This document shows positions 28,334 to 38,884 of a stretch of 64,000 nt of DNA, in pieces. The notes below the pieces were generated by a model that saw nothing but the letters and a program-made list of their open reading frames with translations, searched no databases and was not told the origin of the DNA. Location: assembly GCA_963663965.2 (NCBI GenBank), contig CAXXFK010000028.1, positions 32,001 to 96,000 on the forward strand, in the 5' to 3' direction. Numbering within the stretch: the stretch's first letter is position 1; each line of letters starts with the position of its first letter. Made by a program: the position numbers and the translations under genes. The stretch is from Sedimentisphaerales bacterium. GTDB taxonomy: Bacteria; Planctomycetota; Phycisphaerae; Sedimentisphaerales; SM23-30.

Positions 28334-28728
28334 AATTTGATATTGAACAACTTGGAATTGCAATAGAATCTACTGTTCCAGAAGTTGATTTTGCTATACT
28401 TCATGGTTCTTCTAGAGACGGTGAAATTCTTCCAGGTAGTGATATCGATATAGCTCTCTGGCTTAATAAAAAAAACAGTTTAGATGTATATAATAAGATT
28501 TTCATTGCGGTTGAAAAAGTTGTTAATTGCAGCGATATTGATCTTGGATTTCTTAATAGTACTGATATTGTATACCGGTTTGAAGCGTTAAAAGGGAAGT
28601 TGCTTTTTGCCAGAGATATAGAACAATATCAAAGTTATTTTTCTTTGACCTGTAGGTTGTATGAAAATCAGATGTATCGTTATGAATATCAGAATCGCAT
28701 AGTTCGTGAGAAAAATGGTTGTTTGTGA
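28330..28728 (+). CDS. mntA: Minimal nucleotidyltransferase antitoxin
   Basis: GS-X10-DID (HGSSRDGEILPGSDIDIA), IDLGFLN, GKLLF; ATGA overlap with the HEPN gene. Confidence 0.82.
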   Translation: MKFDIEQLGIAIESTVPEVDFAILHGSSRDGEILPGSDIDIALWLNKKNSLDVYNKIFIAVEKVVNCSDIDLGFLNSTDIVYRFEALKGKLLFARDIEQYQSYFSLTCRLYENQMYRYEYQNRIVREKNGCL

Positions 28729-28760
28729 TTTATTGCATAATTATAGATGAGAAGTAGTGA

Positions 28761-29681
28761 ATGAAAATATTAGTCACAGGCGGCGCAGGTTTTATCGGAT
28801 CTCATATTGTAGAGCATTATCAAGGAAAAGCCGATATTGTTGTGCTGGATAATTTACGTACTGGCAACATGAGAAATCTTGACGGTTTGGATCATCAGTT
28901 CATCGAAGGGACTATTACCAATGTTCAGGCAGTGGAACAGGCTATGGAAGGTGTTGACTATGTATTTCACCTTGCAGCTATGGTAAGTGTGCCTGAGTCA
29001 ATGGGTAATCCGTTGGAATGCGTAGAGCTAAATGTTAATGGAACATTGAATGTACTGGAAGCTGCGGCTCAGGCAGGTGTCAAAAAGTTATGTTTCAGCA
29101 CATCTGCAGCAGTGTATGGCGAAAATCCTGAATCTCCAAAGCTGGAGACTTTTACGCCGGAACCTAAAAGTCCATACGCAGTGACTAAGCTTGACGGCGA
29201 GTATTACTGCAGTATATATCATAATGAAGGGCGGTTAAAGACTGCCTGTTTACGTTATTTTAATGTATTTGGACCAAGGCAGGATCCTAAAGGACCGTAT
29301 GCAGCCGCAGTCCCGATTTTTATTGAAAAAGCGGTTGCTGGTGAGCCGATCACTGTTCATGGTGACGGTGGTCAGACACGCGATTTTATCTATGTGAAAG
29401 ATATTGTTAAGGCTAACGTTTGGATGGCTGAAAACGAAAATGTTTCAGGTGTATATAATATTGCCTATGGCATGAGTCAGACAATTGGCGAATTAGCCGA
29501 AAAGATCGTTCGTTTAGTTGGTTCCAGCTCTGAAATAGTGAATGGGCCGGAAAGAGCTGGAGACATTCGTCATTCACTGGCATCGGTGAACAAGATGAAT
29601 TCAGCTGGTTTGAGTCTTCCGGAACGATTTGATGAAGGGCTGACTGAAACAATAAAATATTTCAAAGAACTGGGAAGCTGA
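28761..29681 (+). CDS. NAD-dependent UDP-Glc/GlcNAc 4-epimerase family (extended SDR)
   Basis: [45 protein letters not shown]. Confidence 0.88.
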   Translation: MKILVTGGAGFIGSHIVEHYQGKADIVVLDNLRTGNMRNLDGLDHQFIEGTITNVQAVEQAMEGVDYVFHLAAMVSVPESMGNPLECVELNVNGTLNVLEAAAQAGVKKLCFSTSAAVYGENPESPKLETFTPEPKSPYAVTKLDGEYYCSIYHNEGRLKTACLRYFNVFGPRQDPKGPYAAAVPIFIEKAVAGEPITVHGDGGQTRDFIYVKDIVKANVWMAENENVSGVYNIAYGMSQTIGELAEKIVRLVGSSSEIVNGPERAGDIRHSLASVNKMNSAGLSLPERFDEGLTETIKYFKELGS

Positions 29682-29720
29682 ATAGAAGTCAGCTAATTAT
29701 ATATAAAGAGTGAGGTTGTT

Positions 29721-30770
29721 ATGAAGATTGTTGTTACCGGCGGAGCTGGTTTTATTGGTTCCGCTCTTGTTAGATATCTTATCGAAAATACAGATCATAC
29801 TGTCCTTAATCTGGACAAACTTACCTATGCAGGAAATCTTGAATCGCTGAAAACTGTTGCTGACAGTGACCGGTATTCCTTTGTACAGGCAGATATTTGT
29901 GATTTGCCGGCAATCGAAAAGATCTATAAGGAATTCCAGCCCGATGCGATAATGCACCTGGCAGCAGAGTCTCATGTCGACCGCTCGATCGATGGACCGG
30001 GTGAGTTTATTATGACTAATGTTGTTGGTACATATAACCTGCTGGAAGCTGCCCGCAAGTACTGGCTGGAGCTTTCTGATGAGAAGAGAGATACATTCCG
30101 TTTCCAGCATATTTCGACGGATGAGGTTTACGGTTCACTGGGCGAGACAGGCTTCTTTTACGAGACTACGCCGTATGACCCGCGTAGCCCTTATTCGGCA
30201 TCAAAGGCATCGTCTGATCATCTTGTGATGGCCTGGTATCACACCTATGGTTTGCCGGTATTAATGACAAATTGTTCTAATAATTACGGCCCATATCATT
30301 TTCCTGAAAAGCTTATTCCACTTATCATTCTAAATGCATTGGATGGTAAAGAGCTGCCGGTTTACGGCAAGGGCGAAAATGTTCGGGACTGGCTGTTTGT
30401 TGATGATCATGCTTCAGCTTTATATACTGTTTTAGATAAAGGCAAAGTGGGCGAAACCTATAATGTCGGCGGCAATAATGAAAAGCAGAACATCGAAGTT
30501 GTAAGAACTATTTGCGGTATTCTTGATGAGCTGCGTCCTAAAGAATCTGGGAAATACGAAGATCAGATCAAGTTTGTTATTGACCGTCCGGGCCACGATC
30601 TGCGTTATGCAATCGATGCGACAAAGATCAAGAATGATCTTGGATGGGAGCCAGCAGAGACATTTGACTCTGGCATTAAGAAGACCGTTCAGTGGTATCT
30701 GGATAATTCCTGGTGGTGGCAGCCGATCAGGGAGAGTAAATACAGTGGCGAGAGACTAGGGAAGAAGTAG
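29721..30770 (+). CDS. rfbB: dTDP-glucose 4,6-dehydratase
   Basis: [46 protein letters not shown]. Confidence 0.95.
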   Translation: MKIVVTGGAGFIGSALVRYLIENTDHTVLNLDKLTYAGNLESLKTVADSDRYSFVQADICDLPAIEKIYKEFQPDAIMHLAAESHVDRSIDGPGEFIMTNVVGTYNLLEAARKYWLELSDEKRDTFRFQHISTDEVYGSLGETGFFYETTPYDPRSPYSASKASSDHLVMAWYHTYGLPVLMTNCSNNYGPYHFPEKLIPLIILNALDGKELPVYGKGENVRDWLFVDDHASALYTVLDKGKVGETYNVGGNNEKQNIEVVRTICGILDELRPKESGKYEDQIKFVIDRPGHDLRYAIDATKIKNDLGWEPAETFDSGIKKTVQWYLDNSWWWQPIRESKYSGERLGKK

Positions 30771-30779
30771 GCCTTAATA

Positions 30780-31754
30780 ATGGAAAAGAGTTCTAAGATA
30801 TATATTGCTGGTCATAGAGGCCTGGTAGGAGGGGCTATTTATGATCTTCTTAGCAGCTGTGGTTATACTAACCTGATCACAGCTACCCATAATGAAGTTG
30901 ATCTTACAGATCAGGTGGCAACATCTGAATTTTTTCAATCAGAAAAACCTGACTATGTTTTTCAGGCAGCAGCAAAGGTTGGCGGTATTGTTGCTAACAA
31001 TACATACCCTGCTCAGTTTTATTATGAGAATATGATGATACAATGCAATATCATTCATAATTCATATTTAACCGGTGTGAAGAGACTTCTGTTTTTAGGT
31101 TCTTCGTGCATTTACCCTAAAATGGCACCTCAGCCAATGAAAGAAGAGCACTTGCTTAGCGGCTATCTGGAGCCTACAAACAGGCCGTATGCCCTGGCTA
31201 AGATCGGTGGGATTGAGCAGATATGGTCATACAATCGTCAGTATGGTACAAAGTATATTGCTGCGATGCCAACTAATCTTTACGGTCCTGGAGATAATTA
31301 TAATCTTCAAAATTCACATGTTCTCCCTGCAATGATTCGCAAGATGCATATAGCGAAAACATCTGGAAGTGAAAATGTTACTTTATGGGGAACTGGTTCT
31401 CCGTTCAGAGAGTTTTTGTTCAACAGGGATCTTGCTGAAGCTTGTGTTTACCTTATGAATCTGGATGACGATATGTATGGCAAGTTTGTCGGGCATGAAG
31501 ATATTGCACCGCTTGTTAATGTTGGCAGTTGTTCAGATCTTACGATCAAAGAGCTGGCAGAGACGGTTGCCAGGGTAGTTGGTTATAATGGAGAGCTTAT
31601 CTGGGACACATCTAAGCCGGACGGTACGCCAAGAAAGCTAATGGACTCTGGAAGAATATTCAGCCTGGGATGGAAGCCCAAGGTAAATCTGGATGAGGGA
31701 ATATCAATTTCGTATCAGGATTTTATGGATCGAATTGAGGAGTTTAAAGACTGA
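30780..31754 (+). CDS. fcl: GDP-L-fucose synthase
   Basis: AGHRGLVG, AAKVGGI, LGSSCIYP, YALAK, MPTNLYGP, SHVLPA, KPDGTPRKL. Confidence 0.94.
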   Translation: MEKSSKIYIAGHRGLVGGAIYDLLSSCGYTNLITATHNEVDLTDQVATSEFFQSEKPDYVFQAAAKVGGIVANNTYPAQFYYENMMIQCNIIHNSYLTGVKRLLFLGSSCIYPKMAPQPMKEEHLLSGYLEPTNRPYALAKIGGIEQIWSYNRQYGTKYIAAMPTNLYGPGDNYNLQNSHVLPAMIRKMHIAKTSGSENVTLWGTGSPFREFLFNRDLAEACVYLMNLDDDMYGKFVGHEDIAPLVNVGSCSDLTIKELAETVARVVGYNGELIWDTSKPDGTPRKLMDSGRIFSLGWKPKVNLDEGISISYQDFMDRIEEFKD

Positions 31755-31756
31755 GT

Positions 31757-32833
31757 ATGAATAAGTATGCGGTAATTATGGCAGGTGGTAGTGGTCAGAG
31801 ATTATGGCCGTTAAGCCGTGAAAAGCAGCCTAAGCAGATAATTAAGGTTGTGAATGGTAAATCTCTGCTTGAAATTTGTGTTGAACGGATCAAAGAAATA
31901 TTCCCACTTGAGAATATATATATAGTTACCAATCAGGAATATAAAAGTGTTATCCATGACCATCTGGCAGATATTCCGGTAGATAATATTCTGGGCGAAC
32001 CAGTTGGTAGAGATACATCAAATGCGATAGGTCTGGCAGCCGCTGTAATAAGCCTTAGGGACCCTGATTCTGCCATGGCAGTATTTAGTGCAGATCAGCT
32101 GCTTGAGCCGGTTTCAGAGCTGCAGGCAGGAATAAACCAGGGATTTGACTATATTGAACAAAACCCAGAAGTCCTTATGACTTTGGGTATCACTGCCAAA
32201 TATCCGCATACAGGTTTTGGGTATTTGAAGCATGGCGAACAAGCTCGAGGTTTTTCTAAGGTATATCGAGTTGATCAATTCAGGGAAAAGCCTGACATTG
32301 AGACAGCCAGAGAGTATGTAGAATCTGGCCAATACAGCTGGAATAGCGGCATGTTTATCTGGAAGACCAGAACGATCCTTGCAGAGATTGAAAAGCTTCT
32401 GCCGGAAAACTATCAAGGTCTAATTAAAATTGCTGATAGCTGGCAGACGGAGCAGAGAGATACTGTTCTGGCTGATATTTTCCCTCAGTTACCTAAGATC
32501 AGTATCGATTTTGGCGTGATGGAAAAAACGGCACAGGTATTTATGTGCAAGCTGGACATAAGCTGGCAGGACGTTGGTTCCTTTGAGGCTTTGTCCGATA
32601 ATATTGGGCTGGAAGATGAAAACGGCAATATTGTTGCCGGTGATGTAAAATTCAGCCAGATTGGGTCATCAAATAATATTGTCATTGGTGGTACCAATAA
32701 TCATTTAATTGCGACTATTGATATGGACGATATAGTTGTAGTACATACTGAAGATGCAACTTTGGTGTGTCCAAAAGGTGAGTCTGGCAAGTTGAAAGAA
32801 CTGCTGGGTTTGATAAATAGTAAATATAAATAA
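31757..32833 (+). CDS. manC: Mannose-1-phosphate guanylyltransferase
   Basis: MAGGSGQRLWPLSR, EPVGRDT, FREKP, WNSGMF, ISIDFGVME, WQDVGS. Confidence 0.92.
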   Translation: MNKYAVIMAGGSGQRLWPLSREKQPKQIIKVVNGKSLLEICVERIKEIFPLENIYIVTNQEYKSVIHDHLADIPVDNILGEPVGRDTSNAIGLAAAVISLRDPDSAMAVFSADQLLEPVSELQAGINQGFDYIEQNPEVLMTLGITAKYPHTGFGYLKHGEQARGFSKVYRVDQFREKPDIETAREYVESGQYSWNSGMFIWKTRTILAEIEKLLPENYQGLIKIADSWQTEQRDTVLADIFPQLPKISIDFGVMEKTAQVFMCKLDISWQDVGSFEALSDNIGLEDENGNIVAGDVKFSQIGSSNNIVIGGTNNHLIATIDMDDIVVVHTEDATLVCPKGESGKLKELLGLINSKYK

Positions 32834-32876
32834 TGAGAATTATAAAATATTGAAAATGGTTTGGGGAAACTCATAA

Positions 32877-33887
32877 ATGAAACGTGCATTAGTAACAGGA
32901 ATTACCGGTCAGGACGGGTCTTATTTAGCGGAATTGCTGCTTGAGAAAGGCTATGAAGTATATGGCATAATTCGCAGGAGTTCATCTTTTAATACGGCTC
33001 GGATCGACCATTTATATCAGGATCCGCATAAAAAAACAGCATTGAAGCTGATCTATGGTGATTTGTCAGATGGTAGTAATCTAAGCCAGATATTGAATGA
33101 TGTTAATCCAGATGAAGTTTATAATCTGGGAGCTCAAAGTCATGTGAGAGTGAGTTTTGACCAGCCGGTTTACACTGTTGATGTTGATGCACTTGGTACA
33201 TTGAGACTGCTGGAGGCGATACGTACTATGCCGAGACCGGCAAGGTTTTATCAGGCTTCAACTTCTGAAATGTACGGTAAGGTAGTTGAAACACCTCAGA
33301 CGGAAAGTACTCCATTTTACCCTCGTAGTCCTTATGGCTGTGCCAAGGTTTACAGTTTCTGGCAGACCGTTAACCATCGTGAGGCCTATGATATCTTTAC
33401 TTGTAACGGGATATTGTTTAACCATGAATCGCCAAGACGCGGCGAGACATTTGTGACCCGCAAGATTACCAGGGCGGCGACTCGTATTAAACTGGGCTTA
33501 CAGGATAAGCTTTACCTGGGTAACCTGGACTCGAAACGCGACTGGGGCTTTGCCGGCGATTACGTTGAGGCGATGTGGCTGATGCTGCAGCAGGATAAGC
33601 CGGACGATTACGTCGTTTCGACTGGTGAGACCCATTCTGTACGTGAGTTTCTGGATGAAGTATTTGGCCATTTGGATCTTAATTGGAATAAATATGTTGA
33701 GATCGACCCAAGATATTTCCGCCCAACCGAAGTTGACCTGCTTCTTGGCGACTGTACCAAAGCGAAAAAACTGTTAAACTGGGAACCAAAAGTAAGTTTC
33801 AAAGCACTAGCCCAAATGATGACCGACTCCGATATGAAGATAGCCGAGAAGGAAAAAGTGCTGGCGGAGTGTGGATCACAATTTTAA
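32877..33887 (+). CDS. gmd: GDP-mannose 4,6-dehydratase
   Basis: [48 protein letters not shown]. Confidence 0.96.
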   Translation: MKRALVTGITGQDGSYLAELLLEKGYEVYGIIRRSSSFNTARIDHLYQDPHKKTALKLIYGDLSDGSNLSQILNDVNPDEVYNLGAQSHVRVSFDQPVYTVDVDALGTLRLLEAIRTMPRPARFYQASTSEMYGKVVETPQTESTPFYPRSPYGCAKVYSFWQTVNHREAYDIFTCNGILFNHESPRRGETFVTRKITRAATRIKLGLQDKLYLGNLDSKRDWGFAGDYVEAMWLMLQQDKPDDYVVSTGETHSVREFLDEVFGHLDLNWNKYVEIDPRYFRPTEVDLLLGDCTKAKKLLNWEPKVSFKALAQMMTDSDMKIAEKEKVLAECGSQF

Positions 33888-33913
33888 TGATAATGTTTTT
33901 GGAATAACACTAA

Positions 33914-35185
33914 TTGAAAAAGATTTCATTGAAAAAAAATTTTGGATGGGCGTTTGTTGGTAATATTATAAATGCTGCTGGCCAGTGGGTTATGCTTTCT
34001 GCTCTTGCTAAAATCTGTAGTGTTGAAGTTGTTGGTCTTTTTGGACTTGCGATGGCAGTAAGTACTCCGATAGTAAGCTTTACAAATCTGCAGTTAAGTT
34101 TAGTGTATGTTACTGACGTTAATGATCAATATAAATTTAGTGAATATCTTGCTTTGAGGTTACTTACTATAATATTTGCATTTATCCTGGTTTTAAGTGT
34201 AGGTATTTATAATGAGTATAAGCTGTATGTTATAATGTTGATTGCTTTCTGGTGTTTGGCTCAATGTGTGGTTAGTCTGAAAGATTTTTATCAGGGAGTT
34301 ATGCAGAGGTATGAAAGGATGGATATCTCATCACATAGTAAAACTCTGCAGTCTGTTTTATCTGTTATATCATTTGTTGGTTTTTTATATTTTACAAAAG
34401 AATTGTTGTGGTCAATTATAGCAGTTTTATTAGTCAGAGTATTTGTTCTTGTGTTTGTGGACATTCGCTATGCTAAAAAGCTTTTATTATACCATAGTAA
34501 ATGTAATAGTGTTAGATTTCTACCTGAATATGATTTTAGCAGACAGATTGCTTTGCTGAAGCTAACAATACCCTTGGGGATTGTAATTGGCATGGTTTCA
34601 TTGAATGCTAATATGCCAAGATATCAGTTGGAAAAATACCATGACGAAGCTGCGTTGGGGTATTTTACAGCATTATCAAGTTTTATTGTAATTGGTAATA
34701 TGCTGGTATTGGCAATTTCCCAGTCTTTGGCCCCTCGTCTGGCAGTTTATTACAAAGAGAATATTAAAGCTTTTGGTAAAACTCTTGTTAAGATGTTTTT
34801 TATGGGGTTAACAATTGGTCTTCTTGGAATTGTAGTTTCCGGGACTATAGGCGACAAGTTGCTGGCAGTTTTTTTTACCCAGGATTATGCTAAATATCAT
34901 AATGTTCTTGTGATGGTTATGTTGGCTGCAACTCCATACTATATATCTTCTTTTTTGAATAATGGTTTGATGGCAGCCAGGAGGCTGAGTATCCAGGTGC
35001 CTCTGAATTTGTTGTCGTTGCTAACTGTATGGCTGGCTGGTTACCTATACATTCCAAAATATGGCCAGATGGGGGCAGCGTTAGCTATATTTTGTGGCGC
35101 TATGGTTACTATGATTGGGACCATATTTTTGAATATTGTTGAATATAGAAAAAAAATCATCGTTGAAGGTGTATTATGCATTTAA
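33914..35185 (+). CDS. wzx: Polysaccharide flippase (Wzx/CapF-like)
   Basis: About 12 hydrophobic segments; KKNFGWAFVGNII start; position within the sugar cluster. Confidence 0.8.
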   Translation: MKKISLKKNFGWAFVGNIINAAGQWVMLSALAKICSVEVVGLFGLAMAVSTPIVSFTNLQLSLVYVTDVNDQYKFSEYLALRLLTIIFAFILVLSVGIYNEYKLYVIMLIAFWCLAQCVVSLKDFYQGVMQRYERMDISSHSKTLQSVLSVISFVGFLYFTKELLWSIIAVLLVRVFVLVFVDIRYAKKLLLYHSKCNSVRFLPEYDFSRQIALLKLTIPLGIVIGMVSLNANMPRYQLEKYHDEAALGYFTALSSFIVIGNMLVLAISQSLAPRLAVYYKENIKAFGKTLVKMFFMGLTIGLLGIVVSGTIGDKLLAVFFTQDYAKYHNVLVMVMLAATPYYISSFLNNGLMAARRLSIQVPLNLLSLLTVWLAGYLYIPKYGQMGAALAIFCGAMVTMIGTIFLNIVEYRKKIIVEGVLCI

Positions 35186-36495
35186 TTGTTTTTTCATTTT
35201 ATTTGATCATAATTATTTTGTCTTTATTTAGATGTAGGATAGGAATGAATTGGTATTGGTTGGCGATGCTATGCTATCCGTCATGGTTACTTGTTAATAT
35301 GATGCCAATGAATATCGGTATGGATGATATTTTAATATCTGTGGTATTTATAAGTGCTGTTTGTTATTCTAGAGGGATACTGTATATAAGATATCCTGTC
35401 TATATGACGGTAATATTTTGTATACTTCTTTTCTTGGGGGATTTTAGTACTTATATTGTTAATAAAGAGTATGACAGTGAATTTATTGGACTGTTAACAA
35501 AAAAAATGCTTAAAAGTTTTGCTTTGTTTTTTACAGTATATTCGATATGTTCTAATGTGTTTTATGATGAGAGACTAATAAAGAAAAACATTAAATATTT
35601 GTTTGGTGCAATGGGTGTGTCAGGTTTTTTTGTTTGTTTTTACTCTATATTTAAAGATGCGTATAACCCTTTTCAGTATCCTTATTGGGTACTATACAAT
35701 AAGGAAGAATGGGGATTTAAAGCTTTAGGACCATTTTTAGAGCATGATATAGCGGGTGGAGTCTTGGGTTTTCTCGTCATAATTTCTTATTTTATAATTA
35801 AGAAAGGTGGAGTTGCAAAAAACCTATATTTTGCTGTTATTGGTATATTGGGGTTTGTCGCACTTCTCGTAAGTGGATCTAGGTCCGGATGGTTGTTTGT
35901 TATGACCTCAATTTTAGTTAGTATTATTTTTGATAATAATAGATTGAAGTCCATTTTGCTTGTAGTGTTAGGATTGACACTATTTATTTGGGCTTATAGC
36001 TCATTCGATTATTTTTCAAATCGGTTGGAAAAAACTGTTGATCAGTGGCAAGCTGGGACAATGCAAGAAAGAACTTCTGGAAGGTTTAACATTTGGCAAG
36101 AGCATCTTGATAATCCAAACTTTTTATGGCTTATGTTTGGAGAGGGTTTTACTAAGGAGGAAACGCACCCACATAGTAATTACATTGGAATGCTTGTTGA
36201 CATGGGGGCAGCTGGTATAATATATTGGTTTTTTTATTATATGATGATATTTAAGATGTTAAAAAGTGTTATTAAATATGAATATGATGAGTTTTTGGCA
36301 AATTTCTTTATAGGCACAAAGTGGGCATATATTGCATATTTTGTATATTTTATTACATGTACACCTATAATGTGGCCAGCGGTAAGAGTTATAGATTTTG
36401 CACTAATGAGTTTTATCTGTCTAAGACATAAACAGTTAAGCTGTACTCAATATACTATTGATGGAGATATGTGTAATGAGGAATGTAAAGCATAA
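35176..36495 (+). CDS. O-antigen polymerase/ligase family membrane protein (Wzy-like)
   Basis: Many TM segments; LLVSGSRSGW, TSGRFNIW, FGEG, HPHSNYIGMLVDMG. Confidence 0.78.
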   Translation: MHLIVFSFYLIIIILSLFRCRIGMNWYWLAMLCYPSWLLVNMMPMNIGMDDILISVVFISAVCYSRGILYIRYPVYMTVIFCILLFLGDFSTYIVNKEYDSEFIGLLTKKMLKSFALFFTVYSICSNVFYDERLIKKNIKYLFGAMGVSGFFVCFYSIFKDAYNPFQYPYWVLYNKEEWGFKALGPFLEHDIAGGVLGFLVIISYFIIKKGGVAKNLYFAVIGILGFVALLVSGSRSGWLFVMTSILVSIIFDNNRLKSILLVVLGLTLFIWAYSSFDYFSNRLEKTVDQWQAGTMQERTSGRFNIWQEHLDNPNFLWLMFGEGFTKEETHPHSNYIGMLVDMGAAGIIYWFFYYMMIFKMLKSVIKYEYDEFLANFFIGTKWAYIAYFVYFITCTPIMWPAVRVIDFALMSFICLRHKQLSCTQYTIDGDMCNEECKA

Positions 36496-37666
36496 TATTG
36501 CAGTATTTATCAGTGATACCAACCCTGGTGGAACAGAGGCTTATTTAAGGTCATATATTCCACATATAAACAGGGATTTATTTAATGTTTATGTTGTGGC
36601 GACAGGTCCTGAATTGTTGGCAGATGAAATTGGTAAGTTAGGGGATAAGTATTTTAATATCAAAACCGGCAGCTTTCCAAGAATGCAAAAATTAGTCGTT
36701 GGTAAACTTACACGGGATTATATAGGCATTTTTTTATTGCCTATCTGGTTTTTTCATTCCGTTTTTAAACTTTTATTATTGGTAAGAAGAGAGAGGATTG
36801 ATTTAATACATTCTCATGGAATACATTTTAATATGGTTGCAGCTCTTGCATGTAAAATTGCGAATATACCATCTGTTTGTCATGTCCATGCCCCACCAAA
36901 GTTACGAGGAAGATTTAGTGAGTTTGGAGCAAGTGGGTATTTATTAGCTTTTTTAGCAGACAATCTGATTTCTGTTAGTGAGTTTGCTGCATCTCAATTC
37001 CATAAATCTTGGAGAAGGAAAACTACTGTTATTCCGAATTCTGTAGATTATAATTATATAAAGGATAACTTGAAGCATAATGACTTGCGGGAAATGGCTA
37101 ACTTTTCGCAGAGTGATTTTGTTGTAGGTAATGTAGCGGTTGTTCAAGATCGTAAAGGGTTAGATAGATTCTTTTTGTTGGCTGAAAAATTTCAGGATGT
37201 ACCTCAGTGCAAATTTCTATTAATTGCTGGAGTATATGACGATGTTTCAAGGTGTTTGCTTGAAACATTAAAGAAAAAGTTTGTCGCACTTCATAACATT
37301 CTAATTATAGAAAACCTAAAAGAGGCAATGTTGTATTTATGTGACCTTGATGTTTTTTTTATGTGTAGTCGTCCTGGGACAGAGACGTTTGGCTTGGTTG
37401 TTGTAGAGGCTATGGCGGCTGGCACTCCAGTTATTGCTTTTGAAAACGATGCTATGCCGGAAATTATTATAGATGGTGTTAATGGTTATTTGGTCCCGGA
37501 AGATATGGTTGATAAGGTTGCTGGTATAATTTCAGAGATGATTTTAAGAAAAGTGGATATGGTATGTTTAAAATTGGCTGCTGAAAATAGTGTACATGAT
37601 TATTTCGATGTAAAGATTATGTGTAGGAAAATTGAAAATCTCTATTGTAAAGTTTTAGGTATATGA
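36476..37666 (+). CDS. Glycosyltransferase family 4
   Basis: GGTE, DLIHSH, RKG, ETFGLVVVEAMAAGTPVI, GVNGYLV. Confidence 0.88.
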   Translation: MRNVKHNIAVFISDTNPGGTEAYLRSYIPHINRDLFNVYVVATGPELLADEIGKLGDKYFNIKTGSFPRMQKLVVGKLTRDYIGIFLLPIWFFHSVFKLLLLVRRERIDLIHSHGIHFNMVAALACKIANIPSVCHVHAPPKLRGRFSEFGASGYLLAFLADNLISVSEFAASQFHKSWRRKTTVIPNSVDYNYIKDNLKHNDLREMANFSQSDFVVGNVAVVQDRKGLDRFFLLAEKFQDVPQCKFLLIAGVYDDVSRCLLETLKKKFVALHNILIIENLKEAMLYLCDLDVFFMCSRPGTETFGLVVVEAMAAGTPVIAFENDAMPEIIIDGVNGYLVPEDMVDKVAGIISEMILRKVDMVCLKLAAENSVHDYFDVKIMCRKIENLYCKVLGI

Positions 37667-38883
37667 ATTTAATTATAACATTTGAAGCACGTTTTGTTAA
37701 GGATTCCAAAGGAGATTATTATGCCAGAGGGCCAGTGACGTATGAGTTTTTGAAAAGATATTTAATGGAATTTGAACATGTTTATGTTTTTGTCCGAGTT
37801 GAGCATATTGATATGCCTGATTATTCTCAATTAACAATTGCTAGTGGTGATAAAGTATCATTCATTGAAGTTCCTTACTATGTTGGGCCAGTTAATTATC
37901 TTAAGAAAAGATTTGCGATTAAAAAAGTAGCTAGGTTAACAGCTGAGATGGAAGGTGCCGCATACATTCTAAGAGTTCCAGGCCAGATGGGGAATGTACT
38001 CGAAAGTCAGTTGAGGAAAATTGGCAAACCATATTCATTAGAGGTGGTGGCTGACCCATGGGATGTACTTTCTCCAGGTAGTGTGAAAGTTTTAGGTAGG
38101 AGTGTCTTTCGTGTTTTGGGAAGGAATAACTTATACAAACAGTGTCAAAGGGCTAAGTTGGTGTCGTATGTGACTCAATTCGGACTGCAAAATAGGTATC
38201 CTCCGAAGAATGATACTATGTTTTGTTCAGATGTTATTTTGCCTGATGATTGTTTTAGGGACGATTCTTTTATTGATATAAGGCATAATCGACTGTTGTC
38301 GAAAATCAATAAAAATGAGCCAATTAAAATATGTTTTGTTGGTGCCATGCAGTATTTATATAAGGCACCTGATATTCTGATTAAAGCAGTGGCTAAGTGT
38401 ATCAATGAATTTGGATGCAATATCAGATTAACAATTATAGGTGATGGACAGCAAGTGTCATATCTACAACAGTTGTCAGGCGATCTTAATGTTTCTGGCT
38501 GTATTGAATTTCCCGGTAAATTTCCACCTGGTGATGCTATTTTTCAACAATTTGATGATACAGATCTATTTATTCTTCCTTCTCGTCAAGAGGGCATGCC
38601 AAGGACATTGCTTGAGGCGATGGCAAGATCTACGCCGTGTTTGGCTAGTAATGTTGGTGGAATTCCAGAATTGCTTAATGATGATTATTTAGTTAAACCA
38701 GATGATGTTGATGCACTGGCAGATAAGATTTTAAGGTTTATTGAAAGACCTGCAATGTGTATTGAGATGGGTGTTGCAAATGTAAAAATTGCTAGGCAGT
38801 TTTCATTGAGTAATTTAAAAGCTAAGTGGAAAGAATTTTATTGTAAGACAAAGAACTTATATACTGAAAGTTCAGGAAAGTAA
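37663..38883 (+). CDS. Glycosyltransferase family 4
   Basis: YKAPD, IIGDG, LPSRQEGMPRTLLEAMA, NVGGIPEL. Confidence 0.88.
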   Translation: MNLIITFEARFVKDSKGDYYARGPVTYEFLKRYLMEFEHVYVFVRVEHIDMPDYSQLTIASGDKVSFIEVPYYVGPVNYLKKRFAIKKVARLTAEMEGAAYILRVPGQMGNVLESQLRKIGKPYSLEVVADPWDVLSPGSVKVLGRSVFRVLGRNNLYKQCQRAKLVSYVTQFGLQNRYPPKNDTMFCSDVILPDDCFRDDSFIDIRHNRLLSKINKNEPIKICFVGAMQYLYKAPDILIKAVAKCINEFGCNIRLTIIGDGQQVSYLQQLSGDLNVSGCIEFPGKFPPGDAIFQQFDDTDLFILPSRQEGMPRTLLEAMARSTPCLASNVGGIPELLNDDYLVKPDDVDALADKILRFIERPAMCIEMGVANVKIARQFSLSNLKAKWKEFYCKTKNLYTESSGK

Positions 38884-38884
38884 A

